A stretch of DNA of 64,000 nucleotides from a bacterium (GTDB lineage: Bacteria; Hinthialibacterota; Hinthialibacteria; Hinthialibacterales; Hinthialibacteraceae), in contig CAXXSM010000160.1 in assembly GCA_963663405.2 (NCBI GenBank), forward strand, positions 1 through 64,000, in the 5' to 3' direction. The notes under the pieces were generated by a model. The model saw only the letters and a program-made list of their open reading frames with translations. It had not been told where the DNA came from and ran no database searches. Each line of letters opens with the position of its first letter. The first letter of the stretch is position 1. The translations under genes were made by a program, and so were the position numbers. Below, piece by piece: positions 1 through 11,229 of the stretch.

Positions 1-666
1 ATCGAAATGACCCTTCTTAGCGGCGAGGATTAAACCGCTTTCACCGTTATAATTAGTTTCATTGATATCCGCGCCGTGTTGGAGAAGGAATTTCATCCCC
101 TCCAGGGTTACGGTGTTCTCGCCGCCATTATAAATACATCCCTTCGCAAGAGCTCCCCGATCTATTAATTTCTGCATGATTTCAATGGATTTTTCACCGA
201 GAGCCGCCGCGGCGTACATGGGGGTTTGGAAGGATGTGGATCGATTCACGTCTTCTGTTTTCTCTAATATCAAATCGATAATCTCATTATTTCCATGGTA
301 GATAGCGTCAACTAAAGTTGCATTGTCGAGAGTGTTTATCTGGGCGCCTTATCGATCAATAATTGAACGAGTTCCAGTTGATTCTCCCAAATCGCATAGT
401 TCAAAGCCGTCTCACCCCATTGTTGCGAGAGATTCACGTCGGCGCCGGCTTCGATCAGGGCTTTTGGCGATTTCATTCTTTCCCATCCGGATCGAGATCA
501 TCAGCGCGGTTTGCTTGTATTCACCCTGCGCGTTTAAATCCGCTTTATATTGGATCGCTTTTTGAACCTCTTTCAGCGATCCACTTTCGACTGCTTTGAG
601 AATGGGCGGGGTGGTGTCCATACATGAGGAGAGGAGTAGAACAAAGCAGAAAAGGGAAAACTCCAT
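1..666 (-). CDS. Ankyrin-repeat lipoprotein; frameshifted and truncated by the window edge
   Basis: Lipobox-like LLLSSC. Ankyrin motifs across shifting frames: 'KADLNAQGEYKQTALMIS', 'AGADVNL..WGETALNYA', 'HGADINETNYNGESGLILAAKKGH'. Confidence 0.75.
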
Positions 667-821
667 CCGTATGATAGAGAGAATAAGAAACGATTCTTGG
701 CGCGTATCATGATGTGGATTCCTTTCCGCTCAGGCGCTTCTCCATCCGTTCTGATCTTCGGGAGGGAACGGATACTTGCTGAGGAAGTTATTTGGGAGAA
801 CGTAAAAACGAGGTTGAGAGG

Positions 822-1498
822 TTAGTCGAGTTTGCCGAAGCGGACGACATTTTCTTTTGGGCCGACGATTAAAAGAATCTGTCCTTCCCGGAGAATGGTT
901 TCGCGAGCGTTTGGAAATAAATGTTTCGTTTCATCGTCCGCGCCGGGATCGTAGATCGCGATCAGATTAATCCCATATTCCGGGCGCAAGCGGAGATCTT
1001 TTAAGGTTTGTCCTTGGAACGATTTGGGAACCTTGATCTTGGCCGCGTCGAGTGTGGCGCTAATCGGGATCAGATCGAGAAGGGAGTCCGCCGTCAGTCG
1101 GGTGGCGAGCTGCCGGGCGAGATCTTCTTCGGGCGAAAATTAGTTCGTCCCGCTCCGATTTCTTTCAAAATCTGTTGTTCGATGGAACGAGCGGCGCGAG
1201 TGATGACGTGTTTGACGCCCAATTTTTTTAAAAGGACTGTCGCCAACAAATTGGATTCGAAATTTTCGCCGATACAGACCCACTGCCGCGTCCATATCGG
1301 AAACGCCTTGGGCGGCCAGTGCTTTTTCGTTTGTCACATTCAGTCGGACCGCAATGGTGACGCGATTTTTGATTTCATCCACGCGCTCGATGTCTTGATC
1401 GATCGCGAGCACTTCGGCTCCCCGTTTCGGGTGAGCTGAGTAAGGCGAGATTTCGTCCAAGACTGCCCGAGGCCAATGACTGCGATTTTTTTATTCAT
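822..1498 (-). CDS. trkA: TrkA/KtrA potassium uptake NAD-binding (RCK) subunit; several frameshifts
   Basis: ATG at 1498 reads MNKKIAVIGLG (Rossmann start); 'GAEVLAIDQDIERVDEIK'; RCK-C end 'LRLRPEYGINLIAI...QILLIVGPKENVVRFGKLD*'; directly after trkH. Confidence 0.8.
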
Positions 1499-1519
1499 GA
1501 CGTTTATTCCATTCGATCT

Positions 1520-3290
1520 TTATCCGACAATGATAGATTCTTGTGGATAATCGTATAGCGCCTCATCGCGTCTGCCTGCCATGGCGAGAAAAACGGTCAA
1601 TGGCCCGACGCGGCCCAGGTACATCGTAACAATCACGATTAGTTTTCCCAATGTGGAAAGTTTCGCGGTCACTCCCAGCGAAAGCCCGACTGTGCCAAAC
1701 GCTGACACAACTTCAAACACCAATTCTAAGAATGGAAGATCCGGTTCGGCCCAGCTCAAGGCGGCGACCGCAGCCGCGATGTACAGAGCCGCCAAACCGC
1801 TAATGACAAACGCGGCGCGCACGGTCTCCCCGGCGATCGTCCGCCAGTGGATCTCCACCCGGCGCCGGCCTTTTAACTGGGCGCGGGTGGAATGAAACAA
1901 TACGCCTACAGTCGAAACTTTAATCCCTCCCGCAGTGCGCGCCGGGCGGCGCCGCCGAATGAACATGAGCATCATAAGAATGACAATGCACCAGGGCGCA
2001 AGTGACTGTAATGGGATGCTGTTGAATCCCGCCGTACGAGTTGTCACGGATTGGAAGAGGCTGGAAAGAAATCGTTCATTCACTCCGGTGTCTCCCTCAA
2101 TCCCCTCCCATGCCAGACCGCGAGGAATCCGGCGAGTATCAGAAAAACCCGATACCCGCAGAACCAGCCACGCGTGTAGACTCAGACGGTAGAATGGCGC
2201 GTGGGCGCCGATCCGGCTTCGCAGCCACCGGGCCAATTCATACACTACGCTGAATCCAATTCCTCCTGCGGCGATCAAAATAAAGCCAGTTGTGATGTTG
2301 ATGGGAAATGAGGATGCGTAAGACTCGATCGAGTTGGAGAATGTTGAAAAAACCCGCGTTGCAAAAAGCGGAGACCGAATGGAACAACGCTGTAAACGCC
2401 GCGTCATTGATAGACGGTTGACTGGGTAGAAAACAGAAAAAAAGTACAAGCGCGCCCACGGCTTCACAAACTAATGTTGTAGTAACGATCGCCCATAAGA
2501 GAGTCGAGACCCGGTTCAATCCTTCGGCTTGCAGAGAGATCCTGCATGAATAATACGGAGCCCTTAGATTCCACCGGTTCCTGATATGGATAGAAAGAGA
2601 CCCGCGTAGGTCATTATGCCGAACGCGCCCAGCTGAATCAGCGTCAAAATGATCCACTGACCGAAACGGGAAAAAAACACAGCGGTGTCCTGGACAATTA
2701 AACCAGTGACGCAAACGGCGGAGGTGGATGTAAACAAAGCGTCGATCCAGGAAAGATGAGAATCCGGCGCCGCGCGGGGCAGTAGAAGAGCCACCGCTCC
2801 CACAAGGATCAGCGCAAGAAACGAACCGGCGACCGTCGCCGCTGGTGAAAAGGAGAACAGGAACAAACGGCGCCCTTTTTGAAACGCCCGGCAGGACGAG
2901 CATTGTGAATAGATAGCCTTGAAAAATGAGCAGAGAGAGTTTGAGCCAGAGAACGGAATTAAGATTCTTCCATTCAAACGAGAAGCCGAATCCGGCGGCG
3001 TAAATCATTTCAAGAAGGAAGAGGGCGGCCAAGTAAAAACCAACGCCATGGGAGCGCCGCGCCGCGCGCCAATTTCCTGGGGGAAGGCTATCGATTACCA
3101 GAAGGGAAAGATACAGGAAAATCGACGCGATCTCCATCCAGGTCACCAGCTGTAGATTGTGTGGGTCTAACAGAAAACCATGTTCAAGAATGAAGGAAGC
3201 GGAGATGAGAACGCATGCGCCGCCCAACAACGCGTTCTGCAACCGGGGCCATCTCTGTGAGGGGAGGGAATCGTTCATGGAAGCCATCAT
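1520..3290 (-). CDS. trkH: TrkH/KtrB potassium uptake permease with N-terminal membrane extension; split over three ORFs
   Basis: Pore-loop motifs 'FTSTSAVCVTGL', 'FHSVSAFCNAGF', 'FQSVTTRTAGFN', 'FEVVSAFGTVGLS', plus 'GGIKVST' and 'MYLGRVGPLT'. Confidence 0.88.
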
Positions 3291-3322
3291 AGCGTTTTTC
3301 GATCAGTCGAATAAGAGCGTCA

Positions 3323-4183
3323 TCAGACTCGGGCCGCCAAGACTTCTTTCATGCGGTCTAAAAAATGATACGGCACAAAGGGAAGCCCCCGCACTTTGCC
3401 TAATGTGATGTTATATTTCCGGTCATCGTGGTAGTCGGATCCACCGGTTACAATGAGGCCCAATTCTTGGGCAAGATCGACATACGCCTGGGAATGATCG
3501 GTGGGGCAACTCCCGTGATAGGCCTCTATGCCATCAATGCCAAGGGTGTGAAACCGCCGGATCTCCCGCCGAGTGGCTTCCAGGCTGCCTGTTTCTAATT
3601 GACCGGGGTGGGCGAGGACGGCTAACCCCCCCGCGTCGTGCACGATTTGGATGCACTCTTCCGGAGAAAAGACCTCTTTGGGAACATAAGCCGGAGCGTC
3701 TTGGGCGAGGAATCGGTCAAACGCTTCTTGGACAGATTGCACATATCCTCGTTTCACCATAGCGAGAGCGATATGGGGACGTTGGATGACCCGTCCTTCC
3801 GCCTGCCGCAACACTTCTTCCATTTCTAGAGAATAACCGAAATGCTTCAGACGAGTCAGAATTTTGGGATTCCGCCGATTGCGGGATTCGATATAAATCC
3901 CTAATTTTTGTTGGAAATTTTCATCTTGATAATCCAGTAAATAGCCGAGGATATGCAAAGCGCCTTTGTCATAGGCCGCGCTGATTTCTACACCCGGTAT
4001 GATTTCAACGCCATATCGCCGTCCCGCCGCGCAGGCTTCCTTCACGCCGGCGGTCGTGTCATGATCCGTGATGGCTAACGCGCAGAGTCCTATCATGGAG
4101 GCCGACTTGACCAACTTGAATGGAGACAGAGCGCCATCCGAGTAATGCGTATGCGCGTGAAGATCGATGCGGCGGGAATCCAT
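3323..4183 (-). CDS. PHP-domain metallophosphoesterase (YciV/TrpH-like; possible pAp 3'-phosphatase)
   Basis: 'DLHAHTHYSDG', 'AITDHDT', 'IPGVEIS', 'LAHP', 'TGGSDYH'. Confidence 0.88.
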   Translation of the reverse strand: MDSRRIDLHAHTHYSDGALSPFKLVKSASMIGLCALAITDHDTTAGVKEACAAGRRYGVEIIPGVEISAAYDKGALHILGYLLDYQDENFQQKLGIYIESRNRRNPKILTRLKHFGYSLEMEEVLRQAEGRVIQRPHIALAMVKRGYVQSVQEAFDRFLAQDAPAYVPKEVFSPEECIQIVHDAGGLAVLAHPGQLETGSLEATRREIRRFHTLGIDGIEAYHGSCPTDHSQAYVDLAQELGLIVTGGSDYHDDRKYNITLGKVRGLPFVPYHFLDRMKEVLAARV

Positions 4184-4765
4184 TTACCACTCAATATAAC
4201 CGAGCTCGCACAATCGTTTCAAGATCTTCTCCACACTCTCTTCCACACTTTCTTGATGGGTTTTGCAGATGACCTCCGGATTTTGTGGAGGTTCGTATGG
4301 GTCTGAAACGCCTGTGAAATTCAGGATCTCCCCTGCCCGCGCTTTTTTATATAAACCTTTGACGTCTCGCTCTTCACAGACTTCAAGGGGACAGTCCACG
4401 AACACTTCAACGAAATTCACGGTATCCCGCCGGATCTCATCCCGGATTTTCTGATAGGGAGAGATCGCCGCTGTAATGGCGGCGACACCGTTCCGGGATA
4501 GCAAATTGCATACGAATCCAATCCGTTTAATGTTAATGTCGCGGTCTTCTTTACTAAAACTAAGCCCTTTACTTAAATTGGTACGGATCACATCACCGTC
4601 AAGAAGTTCGTGCTTGACGCCTCGTTTCTCTAATTCTTTGTGAAGTAAAAGACTGATCGTACTTTTCCCCGCTCCAGAAAGACCTGTCAGCCAGACGATA
4701 AAACCTGTGTAAGCGCAAGGCTTTGAGCCGCATTCGGGGGGAGAAGTAATCGTATCCTTATTCAT
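4184..4765 (-). CDS. cysC: Adenylyl-sulfate (APS) kinase
   Basis: P-loop '[12 protein letters not shown]', 'LLDGDVIR', 'AAISPY', '[15 protein letters not shown]', '[11 protein letters not shown]'. RBS-like AGAAAGGA before ATG 4765. Confidence 0.95.
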   Translation of the reverse strand: MNKDTITSPPECGSKPCAYTGFIVWLTGLSGAGKSTISLLLHKELEKRGVKHELLDGDVIRTNLSKGLSFSKEDRDINIKRIGFVCNLLSRNGVAAITAAISPYQKIRDEIRRDTVNFVEVFVDCPLEVCEERDVKGLYKKARAGEILNFTGVSDPYEPPQNPEVICKTHQESVEESVEKILKRLCELGYIEW

Positions 4766-5009
4766 TGATGAATATTTCCTTTCTGATGTCAAACAAGGTC
4801 TCGTTTATAAAACTACTCATTCAATTCTGAGGAGGGGTGGATGTCAATACCAGTCCATTTCCTCTATGATTCCAGCGTACAAAACTCCACAATTATAAAC
4901 TAATAGAATAACAATGAAATTGTTGAAAACAATTGAAATAAAAAAAACTATATAAGAACAGCGCTAAAAAGTGAAATCCGGCTGAATGATAGGGGATCAT
5001 AGCCGGCGA

Positions 5010-5480
5010 TTATCCTGTGTTACAGTCTGTATTACATAGATCGGGCGATGAGGAATTGATTGCATGCTCCTCATTGATAAGGTCTTCAAATGAGATGGCG
5101 CTAAGAGTGTGTTGAATGGATTCCCGCAATTGATCCCAAATCGGTTTCATCACACAGTGATCGATTTTTGGGCAATTCCGCTTCTCGATAGGTTCCAATG
5201 TGCATTTGAAAGGGAGCGGGGGACCTTCGATTAGATAAATCACCTCTCCAAGATTGATATTGCAGGGATACCGGCTGAGCCGGTACCCTCCACCACACCC
5301 CCGGCGGCTGTCCACCAAATTGGCGTGCTTCAATTCGTGGAGGATTTGGATCAAGAAGGAATGAGGGATCATCTGTTTATCGGCAATCTCATTAATCGTA
5401 AGATAGTTTTTTTGTTCATACGATTCCGCCAGTTCCAACATGGCTTGAATCGCATAAATCCCCTTTGCAGAAATCCGCAT
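5010..5480 (-). CDS. Rrf2-family transcriptional regulator (CymR/IscR-like) with Cys triad
   Basis: 'YAIQAMLELA', 'FLIQILHELKHANLVDSRRGCGGGYRL', C-terminal C-x9-C-x5-C; sulfur-gene context. Confidence 0.9.
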   Translation of the reverse strand: MRISAKGIYAIQAMLELAESYEQKNYLTINEIADKQMIPHSFLIQILHELKHANLVDSRRGCGGGYRLSRYPCNINLGEVIYLIEGPPLPFKCTLEPIEKRNCPKIDHCVMKPIWDQLRESIQHTLSAISFEDLINEEHAINSSSPDLCNTDCNTG

Positions 5481-5954
5481 GATAGACCTTATTCCTCTGC
5501 GAATATGAGATCGTTCGTTTTTTTATCCAAAAAATATTTAAGCAGAACAATTATAAAAAAATAGTAATGTATATTTGAAATAAAGGATATTCTTTTTTTT
5601 TCAAGGTCCCTAAAACAAAACAGGATGTGAAAATTTCGATTGGGATAAAAAAACTTAATTTTCATACATTTTGGAATGGACACCTTGTGATCGAACGTTG
5701 GAGATTCGGATTTAATGGATTTATTTACTGAAAAAAAGGATTCCCTTCCTTATTGGTCTAGTCGAGTACAATAAATAAAAATGAGCTACTTGGATCGCCC
5801 AGCTGGATAGTGTGGGGATCAAATAAATTCAATACAAGAAAACTCCCCTTCATTCCTTCTTGGTTTCAACTTATATTTGATCGGTTTATTCTGAGTATTG
5901 CTGGCCGGTTGTTGGCCATGAGTCTGTTGGATCCTCCGATAGAAAAGAGCGCGC

Positions 5955-6665
5955 ATGATGAGCGCAAGGGAACAGAATTCCGTATACCGATCTTTTTATA
6001 CCGCCTGTCTGGATATTCAGGGGAAACGGTCCGTGGTTGTGGGGGGCGGCACAGTCGCCCGCCGCAAAATTGTTTCACTGATCGAAGCCGGTTCGAACGT
6101 ATGTGTCGTCAGTCCCGTTTTGGAATCGGTCCTGGAATATCTAGCGTTTCAAAAAGAAATCGAATGGAAACAGCGCGAGTTTAAACCGGGTGACTTAGAC
6201 GGCGCCTTCATTGTCATTGCGGCGACCGATCAACCAGACGTCAACCGTCAAATCGCCGCGCTTTGCCGGGAGAAGGGGATCCTGTGCAATGCTGTGGATC
6301 ATCCCGAAGCCGGTTCGTTCATTGTGCCAAGCACAATCGAACGGGGACCGCTTACAATCGCTATCAGCACAGCCGGAATCAGTCCCACAATCGCGTCCAT
6401 GATTCGACAGGAAATGGAGGAGGCGTATGGGGAGGAATACGGGATTTTTCTGGAATTGATGGCCACGTTCCGCCCGATCGTGCAGGAAGAATTCTCCTCC
6501 CCGGGGATCCGGCAGAAAATCTTTGAACGAATGGTGTCGTCCAACGCGCTTTCGCTGCTTCGCGAAGGGGAGCGGGAACAAGCGCAAAAGGAATTGGAAG
6601 ACATTCTTTATAAAGCCGTTCAGAATCCTCCCGTCGAATCTGAAAAATCTACTTCTGCTTCATAA
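5955..6665 (+). CDS. sirC: Precorrin-2 dehydrogenase/sirohydrochlorin ferrochelatase (SirC/Met8/CysG N-domain)
   Basis: 'VVVGGGTVARRKI', 'VIAATD', 'CNAVDHP..GSFIVPS', 'IAISTAGISP'. Confidence 0.9.
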   Translation: MMSAREQNSVYRSFYTACLDIQGKRSVVVGGGTVARRKIVSLIEAGSNVCVVSPVLESVLEYLAFQKEIEWKQREFKPGDLDGAFIVIAATDQPDVNRQIAALCREKGILCNAVDHPEAGSFIVPSTIERGPLTIAISTAGISPTIASMIRQEMEEAYGEEYGIFLELMATFRPIVQEEFSSPGIRQKIFERMVSSNALSLLREGEREQAQKELEDILYKAVQNPPVESEKSTSAS

Positions 6666-6676
6666 GGATCATATGG

Positions 6677-7177
6677 ATGAAAAGTATCTATTTATCTTAT
6701 TTTGCGCTAACCATCACCGTTCTTTTCGTCAGCTGTGGAAGAGAGAAGGATTCCATTGACCTGGATACGTATACAGTGACGATTGAGGGGAAAGAATTTA
6801 CCTTCAAACGGCAAATGCTCTATTTGATCTCCGCCTTGGAAATCTACCGTCTACATATCGGTAAGTATCCTTCAGACGGGAATAACCTGGATGCGCTATA
6901 CGCGTCTCCAGACATTTTGGAAGGCACGGGGGAATGGCGAGGTCCTTACGCTACGCATCCCAATCTCTTTCTTGATCCGTGGGGGCGCCGGTTCTCTTAT
7001 TCACTTACGGCGGAGGGCGCGTTCGATCTTCGCAGTCTGGGCCCTGACGGAATTCGGAGTGATGACGACTTGACCGCGAAAGAATTGTTCCCAGATTGGT
7101 CCCGGGAAGTGGAAAAACTATCCAAGGCGGGCGCCATTCCGATCCCTATTCCCACGCGATTAGGGGGGAGCAAATAA
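6677..7177 (+). CDS. GspG-like (T2SS major pseudopilin C-domain) putative lipoprotein
   Basis: 'ALEIYRLHIGKYPS', 'WRGPY', 'DPWG', 'LRSLGPDG..SDDD'. N-terminus is a lipobox (VLFVSC) rather than a prepilin leader. Confidence 0.75.
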   Translation: MKSIYLSYFALTITVLFVSCGREKDSIDLDTYTVTIEGKEFTFKRQMLYLISALEIYRLHIGKYPSDGNNLDALYASPDILEGTGEWRGPYATHPNLFLDPWGRRFSYSLTAEGAFDLRSLGPDGIRSDDDLTAKELFPDWSREVEKLSKAGAIPIPIPTRLGGSK

Positions 7178-7458
7178 TCGTCTCAATGCCGTTTCTCTTC
7201 ATCAAACCCATCATGATTGAGATCACAACCTGCAAATGAAAATGAGTTGTGGGAGAATGCGTGAACGAGCGAGTCTCTCAAACTCATTTTCATATAAAAT
7301 TGATTAAAATCCATTCAAGATATCTTTGTTGACATTTTTCCCCGCGCTACACTGAAAAAATAGATCTCCCGTTCCACAATCGATTTATCCTGTCTTTTAT
7401 TGCGTTGATATCGATGATTCGGGAAGGGGAATTTTATGCCAGAAAGGACTATTATCTA

Positions 7459-8079
7459 ATGGGAAATGCTGATCGTACCAAATCCATCCTCGCGTTTGCG
7501 CTGTTCGGACCGCCCGGCTGCGGAAAAGGAACTCAAGCGGCGTTGATTCAGGAACATCTTGGTTTCATCCATGTGAGCACCGGCGATATGTTCCGAAACG
7601 CGATCGCCCGGAAAGATCCCATCGCGCTGGAAGCCCAAGAGATTATGCAACGGGGCGATCTCGTGTCCGATGAGATCATCCGCGATATGCTGACCGCCGA
7701 GTTGAAGAACATCTTGAAAGAGAATCCCAATCCGCACGGATTCATCCTGGATGGCTTTCCTCGAACTGTCAAACAAGCGGAACTGCTCGAAGGGATTGTG
7801 GAATCTCTCCATTTCGATTTTAAGGGAGCGATCGGCTTAACGGTACCGCGGGATTTGCTGGTCGAACGGTTATTGAATCGCACGACCGATGGCGCGAAAC
7901 GCGCGGATGATACAGAAGACGTGATTCTGGAGCGGATGCGGATTTACGAAGAAAAGACACAGCCTCTCATTGATTATTATGAGAACCTCGATCAAATGAT
8001 CACAATAGACGGAGTGGGAACAATCGAAGAGATCTTCGAACGAATTAAGCCCATCATCTCTGGGTGGGAAAACGGATAA
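7459..8079 (+). CDS. adk: Adenylate kinase (short-LID type)
   Basis: 'GPPGCGKGTQA', 'HVSTGDMFR', 'GFILDGFPRT', 'RADD'. RBS AGAAAGGA at 7441. Confidence 0.95.
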   Translation: MGNADRTKSILAFALFGPPGCGKGTQAALIQEHLGFIHVSTGDMFRNAIARKDPIALEAQEIMQRGDLVSDEIIRDMLTAELKNILKENPNPHGFILDGFPRTVKQAELLEGIVESLHFDFKGAIGLTVPRDLLVERLLNRTTDGAKRADDTEDVILERMRIYEEKTQPLIDYYENLDQMITIDGVGTIEEIFERIKPIISGWENG

Positions 8080-8087
8080 AAGATTCC

Positions 8088-9272
8088 TTACGATTTGATT
8101 CCCGCTTGGGCAAGCCGGGCCATCCGGACCTCGTGATGCGGACATTCTTCTTCTTTCACCTGAATGACTTTATCGTAGAGCGCCTCGTATTGATCTGTGA
8201 TCTGGTCTATGGAGAAATGATCCAAGATCCGTTGTCTTGCCGCCCGGGCCATCGTTTTTCCTAGGATGGGATTGGACAAAATGCGGATTGCCGCTTCCGC
8301 CAAGTTCTGAATGTCTCCCACCGGCGCGAGAAAGCCGGAGACACCGTTTTCAACCACTTCCGGAATTCCTCCAACATCTGTCGCGACAACGGGTACTTCA
8401 CAGGCCATCGCTTCGGCGATCGTGAGCCCAAAGGATTCACTCTCAGAAGTGGAGAGAAGCAGATCAGCGTTTTTCAGCGTCTCGGCCACATCCGTGAGGG
8501 GGCCCAGGAATTTCACTTTCTCGGTAAGTCCAAGCCGGCAGATTTGCATATCGGCGGTTGACCGGTCGGGCCCTTCCCCGATGAAGACTAATTGAGCGGG
8601 CATCGCCGCCGCAATTAAATCGAATACTTTGATTACATCATAAATGCGTTTGACAGGGCGGAAATTGCTAATGTGAACAATGGTCTTTACCGGACGGCCG
8701 TCTTCTGTTTCATGTGTAGGTGGAGAAAAAGTGTCGGTGTCAATAGGATTGTAGATGACCTGGATCTCTTTGTGAATTTCGAATTCCCGCTGGGTCGCTT
8801 TCTTTAAATATTCACTAACGGCCGTGACGGCGCTGCTGGAATCGACGCTATACTCCACAACAGGTTTATACGACGGCATCTGACCTACCAATTCTGTATC
8901 GGTCCCGTGCAGGGTCGTAATCACTTTCATGCGGTGTTCGCCCCGGCTGCATAGCATAAACTTGGCGAGAAGGGCGGATGTGGAGTGAGGCACGGCGTAA
9001 TGCACGTGCAATATATCAAGAGGATTCTCTAGACTCGTATGGTAAATACTCGACGCCAAAGCCAGCGTGTAAGGTGGAAACCGGAACAGTGGATAGAGTG
9101 GAACGTCGACGTAATGAAAATGGAATTCTTCCGCCGCTCCCTCTAATTTTCGGGGCACATCGTAACTGAAGAAGTGAATCTGATGACCCCGCCGCGACAA
9201 GGCTTTCCCCAACTCGGTCGCGACCACGCCGCTGCCTCCAATGCTTGGATAACACAAAATACCTATTTTCAT
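8088..9272 (-). CDS. bshA: N-acetyl-alpha-D-glucosaminyl L-malate synthase (GT4, bacillithiol biosynthesis)
   Basis: Family-typical 'MKIGILCYPSIGGSGVVATELG', 'HVHYAVPH', 'TTLHGTD', 'HISNFRPVKR', 'ESFGL'. Confidence 0.88.
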   Translation of the reverse strand: MKIGILCYPSIGGSGVVATELGKALSRRGHQIHFFSYDVPRKLEGAAEEFHFHYVDVPLYPLFRFPPYTLALASSIYHTSLENPLDILHVHYAVPHSTSALLAKFMLCSRGEHRMKVITTLHGTDTELVGQMPSYKPVVEYSVDSSSAVTAVSEYLKKATQREFEIHKEIQVIYNPIDTDTFSPPTHETEDGRPVKTIVHISNFRPVKRIYDVIKVFDLIAAAMPAQLVFIGEGPDRSTADMQICRLGLTEKVKFLGPLTDVAETLKNADLLLSTSESESFGLTIAEAMACEVPVVATDVGGIPEVVENGVSGFLAPVGDIQNLAEAAIRILSNPILGKTMARAARQRILDHFSIDQITDQYEALYDKVIQVKEEECPHHEVRMARLAQAGIKS

Positions 9273-9283
9273 TATGGATTCGC

Positions 9284-11201
9284 CTATTCGCCTTTGTTTG
9301 TCAGTTGCGCGATTGAGAGATCAACGACTTGGATGAAATGACGTAAGAGCCCCTTCATCTCACTGATAATAAATTCGTATTTATCGCACATACATCGAAG
9401 AAACGTGACGCCCGATTCATCGGGAACCGGATCGGCGCGTTGTCTTCGATAGTAGAGATAATGAACCGATGTGCCAAGAACCGCGTCGAAATGCGGGGTT
9501 TGGATCGTATCCAGCCAGATTGCATCAAAAGTCTTCCACTGCCGCGAGACCTCCGCGTCCGTGATGGGGCCTTTGGCAAGCAGCGTCCGCCATTCCCGCA
9601 GCATGGTTTCCATCTTCTCGCAATTATTCAAACCTTTCTTAATGGCGTCCAGGCCTTCCCGCAGCCGCCGCTCTATGATGATTAAATCCGCGGTTTTACC
9701 TCTGGCTCGAAATGTATTCAATCGTTGGGAGGCGCCATCTTTCCCCAATGTTTGTTCGAGCGCTTCTTTGAACGTCATACGGCTTGTTCCTTTAAACGCG
9801 GCGCCCCCTTCCGTCGCATCGATTACTTGAACTCCGTATTCTTCGATTGAACGTTCCAGCGCCTGGATGTATTGCGAAAAGGGGACGGTCGTAGGAACCC
9901 AATCTCCATCATATCCAGGAACCATCATCATCTTGCCGGATTCGGCTTTCGCCAATCCTTCTTTCCCGCCCACTTCCACCGTGCCATCGGCTTGGACAGC
10001 GTTGATCGTTCGGGAAACGGCGGCGTCTTTAACATGGGTGGTTCCCCCGTTTTTGGGGAACGCGAAATCGAATCCCACAAGAATGATTGGCGCGCAGCCC
10101 ATATGAACCGCGAGATTAAAGGCGATATGCCCCACATTCATCGCCCGTTTCAATTCCCCATAGCTTTCCGCCGCGTCAAATAGATATTCCAACAGCGGCG
10201 ATTCCCCATCGAATAATGGCAGCAAATACGGATGGCGCATGAATTTTTGCGTAATGTTCCGGTTCACTTCCGGATGGAAGGCTAGAAACGATTCTCCGAG
10301 TGAAGGAATTTTTTCAAAATGGCTGAAATTGAGCGGGGTTGGATCACCGGTGATGACGAAATCCGCTTTTAATCCTTTTTTTAAAAATGTGGTTTGGACG
10401 GTGTCTACGATCAACACCGGCGCGCGGTCTTGCGTTTCCCGAAGCCAATCGATGTTGCGGTCGAGAGAGGGACCGGCGGCTACCACAATCCCTGGGAAGC
10501 CTTTAAAAAGCCCCTCACAATCCTGCAGCGTGTATCCACGGGAGATGGAAGGCAGATTCATTAATATATTGAATTGATTCCGGCCCTGGTTTTCGAATGT
10601 GGTCCGCAGGTTGATTTCGTCGTAAGTGATGGCGTCAAGCAGCGATTTGCGAACGCTCTGATAGTATTGAGGAAAACACCGCACGGATGGTTCGTGTGGG
10701 AGAATTTTACAATTATGCAGGATAATATCCGTCCGCCTGGCGCCGATCCGTTCGGGGATCTCTTCTGGCGTGGCGCCGATGATCCAATCGGTATCCTGAT
10801 GGGATAGGAGCGCGTGCAGGTCGACGGCGTTCAGCGCGAGGCGAAGGATTCGTGGATCGCGTTCGATTATGATAAGAGACCGGATCTTCTTCGCGTGTGT
10901 CTTTAGGAGCATGAGAAGATGATATCCAAGTCCAAAGCCCAGGACGATATAATTGGTCGGATCGGCGCCCTCGATTCCCTCGGCCCAACGGGCCGCTTCC
11001 CGGAGAGGATCGTAAGCGCTGTGTAAAGCCAAAGGTTTGGTTTCTCCAGGTGGGACAATCCGGATCGACGGGACTTGTGATTTCGCCGGGAAGATCTCAA
11101 AGGGGAAATCTTCAAGAGAAGCCGCCTGCGCCGCCTGCGCCGCGTCCGGCCGCCCGTGTGGATAATTCCGCTAGGTTTTTTTGAAAGAGAGTATCGTTCA
11201 C
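9284..11201 (-). CDS. Maf/DUF115 motility-associated factor glycosyltransferase; N-terminus frameshifted
   Basis: 'LHSAYDPLREA', 'LGFGLGYHL', 'VVAAGPSLDRNI', 'MGCAPIILVGFDFAF', 'IDATEGGA'. Upstream frame from GTG 11201 reads 'DTLFQKNLAEL'. Confidence 0.8.
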
Positions 11202-11229
11202 GTTAATAGCGCCATAGAATCGGAATGGA

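Noticed and set aside
5745-5775. IscR-like half-site TAGTCGAGTA between rrf2 and sirC
   Set aside because: Only one half matches and there is no convincing dyad.
11121-11143. Tandem 9-mer GCCGCCTGC, about 2.5 copies, in the maf 5' region
   Set aside because: Very short and inside an indel-rich stretch; more likely an assembly artefact or chance than a contingency repeat.
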